Of a stretch of DNA of 64,000 nt, positions 36,521 through 49,125 are shown piece after piece. The position numbers and the translations under genes were made by a program. Positions within the stretch are counted from its first letter, which is position 1. Each line of letters opens with the position of its first letter. The notes beneath the pieces are model-generated. The model worked only from the letters and a program-made list of their open reading frames with translations. It was not told the DNA's origin and ran no database searches. Source of the stretch: Camelus ferus (lineage: Eukaryota); the NCBI RefSeq assembly GCF_009834535.1, contig NC_045697.1, forward strand, positions 12,464,001 to 12,528,000, read 5' to 3'.

Positions 36521-37179
36521 TTTTATTTTTAACCTTTATACTTTATTCTACCTTGCCCAGAGAGTTGAAGAAAAAAGTATTTGTAATCGTGTCTGAAAGG
36601 TTTATAGATGTGAATTTCAAATGATTATTATTCTCTTCATTGTCCAGATCCATATGAGTAAAAGTAGTTAAAATATTAAGAAATGTAACACACAGTCAGT
36701 AATTTCCATTACTGTTTTGAGTGTCATCAGCTTGCAGGGAAGAAAAAACTCCAGGGAAAGGACAAAGCCTTTTTTGGTCAGAATCATCCTCAGGTTAAAC
36801 TGATCTTCATCAATGCTTGGCAAAGACAAATCATACATATTCATGGTGCAGGGAAGTTCAGCATTTCTGGAGCAGTGAGGTTCACCCAGCACAGAGAGGG
36901 CAGCACCCAGCCTCCCTATTCAAGGGCAGGGCACAGCTCCTGCAGCAGTGGGCAGTGAGCCACCAGAGCACCCAAGCCCGTGGGAGACAATGCTGCTTTT
37001 CACTTTTCCTCTGTGTGCATCTCACACAGCACCTTGCCTTATGTTCACAGAAGGAAAAAGAGATCCTGATTTATTTCTCATTGTTCTCTTTTCCTTTCAT
37101 ACTGGTTCATAAGGTTCTTTTCTGATTCATTATTTCATTCAGCCCTGGGCCCAACACTTAAACCAATTTTGACGAGAGC

Positions 37180-37400
37180 CAGCTCAGTGGTGTGAAAGAT
37201 GAGGCCAGACAGGCCTGGATCTTATCACTTAGGAGATGTATAATTCTTGAAAAAGGCACTGAGTTTATCGGAGCCTGTTTTCTCATCTTAACGTGGACAT
37301 AAGACACTTCATCTTTCCAGGTGGTTTTAAGTATTAATTAAAAATTCTTACATGGGGTGTGAAAAGTATCTGGCCCGTGAGCCACACCCAATAGCTACTC
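37180..37400 (+). mobile_element. MIR
   Basis: ggccagacaggcctggat..gcctgttttctcatct..aagtatctggc. Confidence 0.6.
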
Positions 37401-37723
37401 ACAGTAGAAAGTTGGTATTTTTGGCTGTTTAGCATATAATTGTTCTCTCTTTTTTGGGAAATATTCCACCTGCTTCATCCATGTCCATGGAATATAGAGG
37501 GAAAACTGTCCCTCTTTCCACTACCCAGTAACCAGGGCTGGGACAGGCTACCTAAGCCTGAGCCAGTTGGATGCTTCCGTCCAGAATTTGGAATTGGGAG
37601 CAAGTGCTGCAAAGACCAGGAGAAGCTGGGAGAGTCCACGGTGCCGTGGTGGTCCTCATGCTGGGAGAGGAGACCACTCGTGCTGTTTGTGTCCTTGACC
37701 TTGTACAGCCTCTTTCTTTCATG

Positions 37724-38186
37724 CGTTAAAGAAAAACTGTTCTGATGCTTATTAAAAGGATAAGGAAGACTTTATTCAAGATTATTGTAATAGGAATTAT
37801 GACTATTGTGGTAGGGGAGAGAGATAGGGTTCAACTCTGAATCCACCAAGGAGCAGCTACTGGATTTGCAGCCAAGGAGCAGGATCAGAGATGTCAGTGG
37901 ATAGAAAATTACTTAGAGGAGACACCAAGGGTAAGGAATTTCTTGCTAAACTGACCTAACAGGATTTTTTGCTGAAGGCAGGCGAAGGACTTACGTATCG
38001 AAGGTGAGGGACGAGGAACTGGATCACATATAAAGGGTGACAAGATATCAAGGCTGGGGGATTCTTACAAACTGACTTAGCAGGATTCTTGCTATAAGTA
38101 GGCTAGGCAGGCCAAAGACAGACGGGACAGAGAGCAAGGCCAGCTGAGAACAGAAGTCAGTTTGGTCAAGGAGAGAGTCTTTGTAA
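37724..38186 (-). mobile_element. MER31-like ERV1 solo LTR
   Basis: Ends agtttggtcaaggagagagtctttgtaa (reverse of the MER31 5' end) and begins gttaaagaaaaa..ttctga. 4-bp TSD catg/cctg. Confidence 0.82.
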
Positions 38187-38559
38187 CCTGCCACATCGGA
38201 AGTCTGGTTTTTAAGACCCTTTTCAATTCCGTGTTTCCTTGATAAACTCCTAGTACTTCTCTTCTGTTGAAGATAGCCAGTTGCCTTCTGCCAAGAATAT
38301 AGACAGATACACTGTAGTCTCCAAAAATATTACCTGAGTAAACTGCAGCCTGACTAATGGGGATATTTCATGAATCAAAATGCATTTTCTCAACTCATAT
38401 TTTGAAGAAAAGAATAACTGTATGATATAAAAATTCCATTCCATGATTTTACTTAATCATTATTATTTTTTAATGGGCTGTCATCAGGGTAGTTTTGGTT
38501 TGAGTATCCATTCAGTAAAATACCTCTTTGCTTTATATCTCCCGGTTTGTTTGAAATAC

Positions 38560-38725
38560 ACTACTTACACTGGTGCCTATTCTAATCCTATGTGCTAGGT
38601 CGTCTCCTGATTATCTCCGTGTTTATGGGTGAGGTTCCAGAGCTTGGATGGCTGGCCCAGAGTCATGCAGTTTGTGGTGGAGCTAGGATTCGAATTCAGG
38701 TTATTTGATGACAAAGCCAAACTCT
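38560..38725 (-). mobile_element. MIR
   Basis: gcccagagtcatgcag..gtggtggagctaggattcgaattcagg. Confidence 0.7.
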
Positions 38726-38879
38726 CTAGGATTCGGCGAAAATTCAGACCATAAGCCTGAAATTTGATTTTATTAGGACCATCTATTCCTTTCAGCAATC
38801 TGGTTTATTGGGGGCAATTTGGGGGGACTGTTACTTGAATACCATCCCTGAAGAGTGTGTCTGATGCATTACAGAGATT

Positions 38880-40550
38880 GTGTCCAGGCTTAGCCTAGGA
38901 CCACCTACGACGGGAGTTTGGACGTGGTCCTTGTCCTACACTGTATGACTGGCAGCTTAGACAAAATGAATCAGACTGCTGAAATGCTTGCTGAAGCTAA
39001 TAGTTGACTGATGGCTTTCCACCCGCCTTCCCCAACCATTAACCCTGCCTACGGGAATTTGCTCATGGAACTACAAATAAGTGAGTGAGTGGCAGGTCCG
39101 GGAATAAAATGGAGACATTCGCAGAACCAGGCACCACCAGGTAATTTTTCTCATCATGACATGACTCTGTGACAGGTGCAGGGTGGATGTGTTTTTATCT
39201 CAATAATTTCCCAGTGACATTCTGCTCTGCAGAGAGAAAATGCCAGACATACACACTCCTCCGTGGTACACAAGCCGGGTTGCAAAGCCAGGTTAACTGT
39301 TTCGTAAGACTTCTGTGTCAGGGAAACTGTTGTTTGAATTGATCTGGGAAGAAATCCCTAGCGGTGCTCTTGTTAATTCCAGCTAATCACTCTCCAGCAG
39401 GAGAACCGAAGGCAGGCTTGTTCCCTTGGCGGGTCTTAGATCCTTAAATGCTTGCGACTTCAAGTACTAATGAGCTAAAGGAAATCTTCCCCACACAGTT
39501 TAACCTACTGCTTCTTAAATTACAATCCTTGGGGTCTTTCCTTCACATTCAATCTCTGATAAGCTATTTTATAATTTCCCGATGACAGTTAAATTGAGTC
39601 TCCTTGTTAGCGTAGTTACCCAATTTGCTTCCAATAATTCTGCCTTAAGAAACTTCTGATGAGGAGGTTGCAGGCATGACACCTCCAGCAATCCCTATAG
39701 GAATTGTCAGGGGCACAAGCAAATTAAATAGTTGGGTTTTAAAACAAAAAGAAACGCGGTAGGGGAAATCATTAAAAAAAAAAAAAAAGGTCTCTGAGTG
39801 CAGGGACCGTTTCCCAGGATTTTATACGGTTAATGAAAAGTCAGACGGCAGATGACATTTACCCTGCTAAATGTTGATGATTAAGAAGGAAAAGGTTATC
39901 CCCTGCTTTTTTCCTTCTGGAGCTTCTGTACGAGGAGGTCAACACAAATGTCGCGCAGGAGGAATTGCCTGTTTGTGAACAACCCGGGCCCAAGTCCAGT
40001 GTTGCTGCAGTTGCTCTTGATGACGGTAATCACTTTGTGTCCCCCCCCCCCCCCCCCCGGGTATTCCCTTCTCTGAATGGGGCCGATTGAAAGCCTTGCT
40101 CCAGCCTCCCAGCCTCTGATAGCCAGCTCCCTCCTGGACACATGCCAGCAGCCCATAATTAAAGTGTTTTCTGGAGGGAGCGTCTCATGTACTGCCCATT
40201 GTGAATGATGTCCTTGGAGTCTGGCTATAGTAATTGAAAAGAAGTGAGACCTTTCCAATTTGTCCCTCTTTCTGCAGCCTCTGCCCCGCCCCTTTCCCAG
40301 GACAAAAACATTGTGAAATGCCACACAAGAACGAAGGATCCATTTCTGTGAATTTGAAAGCTGAAGCATAATACATCCCCTTCTCCCACCCCAGGAGTGG
40401 ATGTTTCAAGTGTAACCTTCCTATCACAATTATTCTTGCATGATTAAATAGAAACTGTCCCCCTATTATGCTCTTTGTTGATGGATTAAATGTTCCAAAT
40501 GACACATTAGACTGTATTATAATGAAGCATTTCTGGAGCGTCAAATTAAA
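38880..40550. promoter_or_regulatory. Candidate cis-regulatory block (TE-free, CpG-enriched)
   Basis: No recognisable repeat. About 30 CpGs by hand count in 38880-40350, GC box ccccgccc at ~40283, C18 run at 40041-40058, TAAT motifs. Confidence 0.35.
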
Positions 40551-40611
40551 AATGAGGTATGTCTTTGAAGATTACCTTCAATGAGATTTGATTATGTGAC
40601 TGTTAATTCTA

Positions 40612-40830
40612 AATAATAAACAGTATCAGCATTTTCATATGTGTATTATCTCATTCGATATTGATAATTTTATGAGGTTGTTAGCACTGGTATTATGAAT
40701 CCATTTTTTACCAGTGAGAAAACCTGAACTCAGAGAAGTTACAGAGCTTTCCTTTGATTCTCTAGCTAGTAAGTGGAACTAACACGTGAATCCAGATTCC
40801 TTGATTCCCAAAGTGAAAGTTTTTTTCACT
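40612..40830 (-). mobile_element. MIR
   Basis: ccattttttaccagtgagaaaacctgaactcagagaagtt..cccaaagt. Confidence 0.7.
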
Positions 40831-42169
40831 GTGCTGGAAGATTATTTATAAAGTCAATATACAGAAAGCATATTTTGATTTTTATAAAATTCTATAAGTT
40901 TTTCTATCTCCAAATGCTAAGGGAATAAAATTGGAAAATTATAATGGTTTGTAGTAGGTAGCATTTAGATTGAGTTGTGCTGGCTCCTACCAAGTGGCCC
41001 AAACACACAAAGGGAGATCAATTATATTAAAACCCCATTCTCAACAATGTAACTTATATACAAAACTTGGAAGGAAATTAAAGAGGCTTGTTGGCTTCTG
41101 TTCCACAATGGACATGGGAAAAGAGATCAGTGTTTGCTTAATGGAAACCTTAATTCAAATTTCTAATTGAGTATAATGAACAAAGGAGAATGTCCCAAAT
41201 GCTTGAGAACTGTAAACAGTACAGTGTTCTTTTAATGATCACACACTGATTATCTTGGTGAATCTAAATTACATGGGTCCGAATGCTGCTGCAGGAGGCA
41301 TGGCTCCTTCATTGTGTTTCCAATAAACTCTGGGGTTTGTCCTGGTGACGAATGTGGGGGCAGGGAAGGCTCTTGCTAGCTGGCATTATGATAGAGTTGC
41401 CAGACAACAGAACAATCACTTTTTGAGGAATTATAGTTCCTAAAGGAAAACTTGTGCTATGATCTTGATTTAAGGAGAGTAGCTTTTTGAAGTTGTATGT
41501 GGAAATAAGTGTGGATAATGTTTAAATTAATAATCTCCAGAGACTAAGCCACCACTTCTAAAGATTCTTAAGATTACTTTTGGAACCTACACTGGGGATT
41601 GTTCTTAGAGTTTATATTAACTTCCTTTAACTTCCTCAGCAGTTGCAAATCTTTGTCCATAGGAGAAACTTGATTTTGGAAAACAAATAATAATGTTTGG
41701 AATCAGACCAGGTCCGGAAAATTAAATGACGGGATGAGTTGGGGGCAAAGCCATTTTGGTTCAAAGTAAAGTGTGAACAAAAGTGAGGAATCATTTTCTT
41801 GTGTGCCTTGCCCACTGTTTCTGAGGCAATTCGAGGAGTCATTCCTAAAATATTTTTGGTGGTAGAAGCATCATTGAAATCATTCCACTCCTTAGATTTA
41901 AAAAAAATATTTTTCTCATTATAAAATTTATATATATATAGCTATACACATACACATGTATATATGTAAATCTATATATGTATATACATGTGTATATATA
42001 CATATGTAAAATACTTATATATGGGGTTTTTTGGGATAGAGAATTTAGGAATTACAGGTATGTAGAAAGAAGAAAACAGTTACCAAGATTACTGAGCAGC
42101 CTGTACCCACCTATTGGGGTCTGCCCTCTGCTCCGAGTCTCTTCACAGACACGTGTGTGTACATTAGAG

Positions 42170-42345
42170 AAGAAGTGAAGCACAGTGGTTACAAGTTTAG
42201 GTGGGAGAACTGGGAGATCTTAGTCCAAATCCAAGATCTGCAATTTGCTAGCTGTGTGATTTTACCCAAGTTACCCATACTCTCCCATCCTCCTTTTTCT
42301 CACCTATAAAATGGGGTTAAGTGTTGTGATAACTTTGTTGGGTTA
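42170..42345 (+). mobile_element. MIR
   Basis: gctagctgtgtgatttt..ctcacctataaaatgggg. Confidence 0.72.
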
Positions 42346-42364
42346 TTATTGCTTATTTTTTTTA

Positions 42365-42530
42365 TGTATTTATTCATTCACTCAAAAATGTTTATTAAGC
42401 ACCTGCTATGTACCTGATTCTGTTTTAAGTCCTGGGGGAAAAAGAGGAGTGAACACAATAGGTGTCCTGGAACTCAAGGGAAGTACTAGAAAGGAGATGT
42501 ACACAAAATCCTTATAGATAAATTAAAAAT
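42365..42530 (-). mobile_element. L2 3' end
   Basis: ttcattcactcaaaaatgtttattaagcacctgctatgtacc. Confidence 0.75.
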
Positions 42531-42589
42531 GTATGTTATACAAGGTGCTTGCATCTGTCCCTGAGCCTTAATTCTAACAGGGAAGTGTC

Positions 42590-42886
42590 AAGAGGGCAAT
42601 ATAATGCCTGCATACAGAGTGGCTTGTATTACAGGAGAATCAGGAGCTTAGGGAATCCTAATCTTTTATAATGGACAGTAAGTTTGCCTGAACTTTGCCC
42701 TGGGGAGGAAGATATTATCTTTATTCTGCCAGACAGTAAATAAGCCTGCCTTTTACTATCTCCACTTTCTAAGGCTGTTCAGTCTACAAACATTCTTGAA
42801 CAGCGGTCCAGAATAAAGGAAGCCAGTGCCTCTGCTTGCAAGATGTGAAGAAATGCAAGAGACTCATGGAGAGTTGTCTTACAACA
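42590..42886 (-). mobile_element. LTR40-like ERVL LTR fragment
   Basis: cagtgcctctgcttgcaagatgtgaagaaatgcaagagactcatggagagttgtcttacaaca, the reverse of the recalled LTR40a 5' end. Confidence 0.7.
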
Positions 42887-43015
42887 CTTGTCAGAAATGC
42901 AGATTCTTAGGGCTCAACCAGACCTGCTGAATCTGCAACTCTGGGGGTGGAGCTGTGCAGTTTTTATTTTAACAGGCTAGTTAACAGGTAGCTCAAGTTG
43001 AAGGTCCACTCTCTA
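42887..43015. mobile_element. MER5-type MITE fragment
   Basis: agaaatgcagattcttagggc..cagacctgctgaatc..ttttaaca. Confidence 0.7.
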
Positions 43016-44904
43016 GGGAACGAACTGAGGACTGACTTGCGAAATTGGAACAGAAGTGGATGCAAATCAGCAGGGCTGTCCCCCAGGGTAGTGCCCGTAG
43101 TAGAACAGGCTGAGCCTGGGGCTTGTTGCCAGAGTAATACCACCAGGTGGAGAAGATAGGAGGTAGGATCTGGGAAGGCAGTATCCATAAACGTGAACTG
43201 ATCTAGAAATCAGAACACTGGGTTTCTACTGTTGCTTTTCATGTAAAGTTGAGCAAATAATTCAATTTTAAAGACTTTTTTAAGTCTGAAAAAGGGTTTT
43301 GAAGATCACCTAGTTCTAGGATTCCGAACAGGGTTTTTTTTCTTGTGACAGCTTTAACCCCTGATATGCAGACTTTAGAGAGATCTGCATGGGTGAGGAA
43401 TGTGACTGGGGATGGTCTTATAGCTGACATCACTAATCTGTCCAAATGCCCTGTTTTTTTAGGATGAGAGAAAAGTTATCTATCCTTGGATGTTTTGCTA
43501 GCCTTCTATTTTCCATGCTCTTACCAGGGACCACCCCAGTGCTAGCTTTCTTGCACAAGCTTAAGCTATGTTATAATTTCGTGTTGCTTAGATGAATCAT
43601 CATTGAAGTGACTGGAAAAGTGTGGGGCATTTGATACTTAGGCTGTGACACTGTGCTCAAATGTAGCCCAGATTACTGACTTCTGAGGCAAAAGTCTTTG
43701 TCAGTTTACTTTCTTTGAAGTGTTACTTATTCCAAAACCAAATGGGTTTTTTAGTGTACCTGCAATCAGCAACAACTAGAGAGAGAGAGGAAAAAAAATA
43801 CGTTTGAAGCAGTTTCTTCGAAATCAGTTCAAAGGTTTCAGCAAGTTGGATGTATTATTCACCATCATGTGAGTTCTCAAAAACAGCTTTGGAACTCTTA
43901 GAGTCTTGCCTATTTTTACATTTTTAAATTTAACATTTTTAGTTGGCCAAGCACATTGGAAAAAATAAAAATTCGATTTGAATTGTAGCAATTTCTTTAA
44001 GGTGAATCTTTAATTTTAAATGTGACTAATACTTCAAAATGGAATTAAACAACATTAATGGGTAATGATTTTGGTTTGTTTCCAAGAAAAAAATAATTCA
44101 AAGTTACAGATTTGTTACAGTACTAATTAATTATTGAACCAGCAAGTACAATATTCAGAAAGATGAGGAGAAAATATGAAACATTAATAGCAGTAGTGTT
44201 GGGGCAAAAAAAATAGTGAAGACTAGATAGGAGAGAGAAAGATGAGCGGGAAAAAAGTAAGGAGAGAAAAGGGAGAGAGTGAAAGGGGGGAAGAGAGAGA
44301 GCAGTAAGAATGCATGAGAGGTGGTTGTCAGCCTCTGCTCCCTCTATCCCAGCCTTGCTAAAATTGTGTCACTGCTAAGGGATAAGCAGCTACTTTTCAG
44401 TTTTAAGCTAATGCTTTCCCAGAAAATGTTTTCTTTGCTCCCTAAATTATTGATTGTGCCATTAAGGGTCTAAAATGAAAATTTAATTCATTGTTAGAGT
44501 CTTCCCAAAATGTGACCTCCTGAAACATACTGAGTTGCTTCATTGCCATCTGACTAATTGAAGAGAGAGGATGGAGGTACATGAAAGCAGAAAGTAAAAG
44601 CCTGTGGACAGCAGCGGCAGCACCTTCGCAGGGGCCCCTCGGCAGGCCTGGCTTTGTGGGTGTAGAGAGACCTGGGAGAGGCTGGGGACCATTCTACACT
44701 GTCCTCACTGAGAAGTATAGTATGTTCCTGCCGGTCCCAGTTAGCAGAGTTGACGTTGTCACTGGACTCTGCTTGGGGGTCCAGAGTACCTGCCGCAACC
44801 CATCTGTCATACCTGACTACGGAGAAATTGGTGACCCAGAGGCAGAGAGTGCCCAGTCATGAGCCCTCATGAGGACATGGGAAAGTTCTGAGAGTCTGGG
44901 AAAT

Positions 44905-45150
44905 GCAGTGGAATAGCTGGGGAAAGGGCAGTGTTTGGCTTCATAAAACCCTGGATTTAAGTCCTTTCTCTGCCTCTTAATGGCAGTAATCTTGGGAAAG
45001 GTAATTAGCATCTCTGTTTCTCAGTGTTCTCCTCTGTAAACTGGAGAGGATGGTAAAACAGTGGGACCAATATTTGGAGAAAAGGATATAACAGAAATAA
45101 AATGCTTAGCATCGCGCCTGGAAAGCATCTTCTTGAATTTTAACTGTCGT
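44905..45150 (+). mobile_element. MIR
   Basis: cttgggaaaggtaattagcatctctgtttctcagtgttctcctctgtaaactgg. Confidence 0.75.
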
Positions 45151-45371
45151 CATATTTGCAGTTACATTTGTGTTGCCAATCCCTGTATCAGTGTCAGAGG
45201 CAGGATGATAAGGGCCAGATTGGAGTGTTAGTTCACCAGATCAGGAGCAGGTCAGAGGATCTGGGAAGAGGGATGTGTACAAGGAGAGAAATCAACCAGG
45301 TTTCGGGGAAAAGATGGGCAGAGTGTGGAGACCAGAAACTTAAGGTAACACTTAACTAGTATATTACTATA

Positions 45372-45575
45372 CTGGTACCTATCATTTATCTGCTTATCTG
45401 CCAAGTGCTACTCTCTCCTTCAATTATGCTGTTGTTTCTAATTCTCATAGCCTCTATAGAAAAAGAGGGTATCATTTTCCTCTTTTAACTAACGAGGAAC
45501 AAAGAGCTTAGAACACTTGAACAGCAACTGAGAACCCAAGGTCTCATCTCAAGGCCTGTAGTCTTTTCATTTGCA
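45372..45575 (-). mobile_element. MIR
   Basis: tacctatcatttat..aattctcatagcc..aacgaggaacaaagagcttaga. Confidence 0.6.
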
Positions 45576-45804
45576 CCCACGCTTAAGATAAATGCTCTCT
45601 GGGCCATTGGAAATATCTGTGGGTTCTGATGTCTTTTTTCCTTTCATCTTGTTATGACTAGGATTTCTGGCCCCAGTGAAAAATTCAGAGGTCTACTTCT
45701 CTTATCTTTCTCCTCTCATCTCCCTTTAATTTCCTGGCTCCTGTTCCATTTTGTGTTATTCTTAGATCTTTTTGTATGTCTAGTTTTATGAACAAAACAT
45801 TTTG

Positions 45805-45954
45805 TTTATTTTATTTTATTTATTTACTTTTTTAGGGGGGGAGGTAGTTAGATTTACTTATTTTATTTATTTTTAGAGGAGGTACTGGGGTTTGAACCCA
45901 GGACCTTGTGTATGCTAAGCATGTGCTCTACCACTTGAGCTATACCCTCCCTGC
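45805..45954 (-). mobile_element. Vic-1-type SINE
   Basis: ggtactggggtttgaacccaggacc..atgctaagcatgtgctctaccacttgagctataccctccc. 18-bp TSD tatgaacaaaa(c/t)attttg (45787-45804 / 45955-45972). Confidence 0.93.
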
Positions 45955-45982
45955 TATGAACAAAATATTTTGAATTAAAGAG

Positions 45983-46475
45983 TGTATCTGTTAGATATTG
46001 CGTATAATAAGTCATTCCCCAACAGCAACCATTTATTATTTCTCACAGTCTATGATTGGCTGGGGGTTGATTTGTCTAGGCTGGACTTGGCTGCAAGTGG
46101 CTGGCTCCATATGTGTCTCATTCCCCTTTTAGGACCATCAGGCCAGCTGTAGTATGTTCTTCGTGTGCAATGGTAGAGGTGCAAGAGAGCAAGTAGAAGC
46201 ACACAAGTCTTCTTAAAGCTTAAATTCAGCACTGGCATACCTCATTTCCATCTCATTCTCATGGTCAAAGCAAATCACTTGGCTGAGCCCGAAGTTAAGA
46301 AGTGGGGAGTGCCCTCACCTAGTGGAGGACAATATGAAGGTATATTTGTACATTTCCAAGGTATATCTATATTTCATATTTACATATATACAAAAGTATA
46401 TTTTATGTATTTCCAAAAGATATGGAAATAGGGAGGGAGAGCAGAGAATTGGGGCCATTGATACAATTCATCACG
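45983..46475 (-). mobile_element. MLT1G/H-type MaLR LTR
   Basis: aaccatttattatttctcacagtct..gaggtgcaagagagcaagtagaagcacacaag..caaagcaaatcac..gaattggggccatt. Confidence 0.78.
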
Positions 46476-47224
46476 GAAATGTCTGAACCAAGCAACCATT
46501 TTACAGCCTGCTGTTACGTGCTGGTTTCTTCTTCCCCTGACTTTGACTTGAGGGTTAGCTCTCTTTCAAGTCCCTGACAAGCATGGGACTCAGATGTCTC
46601 CTGTGGGGGTGGTTGACACTGAGTGTTGCTTTTTCCAGTGTCTCACCCTGTTCCCTCTCCCTCGTGAAACTGTAAGCTTCAGAGTAGAGCAGCACTTTCA
46701 AACTCTTGCATCACCTAATAGGACACATTTGTGAAGTAACAGAAGTCTTTTCTTTAAATCCTTAAAACGTATTTCCTTTAATTTTTTCCTTTATTTCCTT
46801 TAATAAGGAAATACTTCCTTTAATAAGCTTAGGGACAACACAAGTGGGTAATTCACACTGTAATCTGGTGTTTTTGTATTTTAACTGGTATTATGCCTCT
46901 GAAATGCTTTTCCTGGTATTATTGTATTCTTACTGAAACTTTGCAAGAAACACCTTTTGTTAATTAATGGTAGAATCTCAAGCAAGAAATATGCTGATTG
47001 GGTAATAGAGGAGCTCTGAAAGTGAAATTACCTCTTATACTTGGGCAGGAATCCTGATCATTGCACGGGATGGATTCAAACATGACACTAATGGACTAGA
47101 TGAATAAATCTCTTTCTTTTTCTTTCTCTGTTTTTATACTCTGCAAAATTCTACCCTTCAAAGGTAGGAATCTGAAACTTTTTGACGAAGGTCTTGGTAG
47201 GGGTCATGACATGCCATTTAAATC

Positions 47225-47745
47225 GCTATTGACCTGGCCTCCGAAGCTGGGTGTAATCTGAGCCTTTCATTCTTTGCATCTTGCTCTCTTCTCCCTTTCT
47301 GACAACATTCTTACCACACAAACCATTTTCCCTCTAAAATGCTGAGTTTACTTCATGCCTCAGATCTTTGCACCACCCCATTCCCTTTGCCTGGAATGTT
47401 CTTCCCGCAGCCATTTATCCTTCACATGGCCAAATTCCTGCACATCCTTTGGGATTCAGTTAACTCCTAACTTATTTGAGATGCTGTCCTGACTTCACAG
47501 TTGAGATCACCCAGTCGGTCACCCTGTCCTACTGCTGTCCATCTTTCTTCCTAGAACTTTTCACATTTCTCAGAAGTGAATGAATCACTGTATAGTTTTT
47601 GTTTCATGTCTATTTTCCTCTCCAATCTCTCAGCTCCTTGAGGAGAAGAACCATTTCAATATCATACCTTCTGTATCCACAGCCATTAACTTGTAGCCTT
47701 CGCACAGTCAGTTCTGTTGTTTGCTGAATGAACGAATGGAATGAA
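47225..47745 (+). mobile_element. L2 3' end
   Basis: ttccctttgcctggaatgttcttccc..gctccttgagg..ttgctgaatgaacgaatggaatga. Confidence 0.78.
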
Positions 47746-47844
47746 ACTCAGCAGAGACGTAGATGCTCAGATCTGGAATAGACTCTCAAAACAGCTTGCA
47801 TCTTATGAGTTCCACAACAGTCCTTCTGGTCTTCCAGTAGCTGA

Positions 47845-48045
47845 TTGTCTCTGCTTGAACTCTTCCCCCAACTGAGAACTCACCCTTCTTGAGGCTGTCG
47901 ACTCCATCTTTCTGACAGCTATAGAATTTCTATGTCCATTAAACTAAAGTTTGTCATTCCATAACTCTTACCTGTTGATTTTATGTCCTGCCCCTTTGGG
48001 GTTTTACAAAACAACCCTAATCTACCCTTTATTTGGCAATATTTT
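47845..48045 (-). mobile_element. L3/CR1 fragment
   Basis: ctctgcttgaactcttcc..gaactcacc..ttccataactcttacc..gtcctgcccctttggg resembles the antisense CR1 3' region. Confidence 0.6.
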
Positions 48046-48074
48046 GGAATTTCAAAACAGTGATTCTAACCCCC

Positions 48075-48275
48075 AAGCATTCTTTGTTGAATATCCACTG
48101 TTTGATATTCATGCTTTATCACCGTTATCTCACTTAAGTCTCAACACAATCCTTGATGAGTTGCTATTATTATCCCTATTTTATAGATAAATTGAAACAA
48201 TTTGCCAACAGCATGGAGCTAGGAAGTGGTGGCACCACGATTTGAAACCAGGAACCTAGATTCTGATATGCCCAG
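48075..48275 (-). mobile_element. MIR
   Basis: attattatccctattttatagat..gctaggaagtggtggcaccacgatttgaaacc. Confidence 0.72.
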
Positions 48276-48793
48276 AGGACTAATGCAGATAATATATTTG
48301 ATAAATGTGAAAGACCCTTCACATTTGGGTCCCAATACAGTGGGTAGCTCTTCCTTTCTTACTTTTTTATCTTTTACACTCTTTTGTATAGTTCTAGAAA
48401 ATGCTTTTGTCCATACTTCTTTAGTGTTGGTGATCTTTGATCCTTTTCTGCATTCATCTAATGGACAATCATATAAATATAGAGAGAGGGCTGCGTCTTT
48501 AACTAGACCATCCATTCCTGTACAATGCATCCAGCACCTTGAACCTTGATAATGGCAATGACATGCATTTTTAACCCTATAATATTTTTTATTTTGTTTC
48601 TCCATCTGTTCTCAGTACTCGACCTGCGGCTTTACCCAAATGTCCTCACCTATACTCACCCTCTCCTTTTCATAGTATCTAACACTGCTGTTCTACTGAC
48701 ATTGGTTCTCCTCGACACCGCTATTTCGCCTCTTCACCCATACCCGCTGCTGCATCTACCTCGTGCATCGTGGGGACAACTTGAAATGACCTT

Positions 48794-49125
48794 TGTATTA
48801 GTTTAGCTACATTATGTTGCTGTAGTAAACAACACCCACGTCTCAGTGGCTTGCAGAGCAAAGGTTTGTTTCTAAGTCAAGCTAAGTGTCTTTAATGGGT
48901 TAATAAGCAGGCTATTTATCATAGTGCCTCAGAGACCCCGGCTAATAGAGCAACCACCATCTCGAACATGGCCTGTTGTTGTGACAGGAGAAAAACGAAA
49001 GAGCCCTGATGTGTCTCACCAACAGTTGAGTGCTTGGCCTCAAAGTGACACTAGTCACGTGGCTCCACCTAGTCACAAGGGACCAGAGAGGACAGTCCTG
49101 CCACGTGTGCAGACACGTGTGTTGT
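48794..49125 (-). mobile_element. MLT1J MaLR LTR
   Basis: tgtattagtttag..gctgtagtaaacaacaccc..tctcagtggctt..accatctcgaacat..actagtcacgtggctccaccta. Confidence 0.78.

Noticed and set aside
39896..40369. Longest ORF in the track (157 aa, minus strand)
   Set aside because: No recognisable domain, crosses a slippage-prone G18 run, and a length like this can arise by chance in 64 kb.
46792..46813. 9-bp hairpin tatttcctt-taat-aaggaaata
   Set aside because: Lies in low-complexity ttccttta slippage repeats; likely a local replication artefact.
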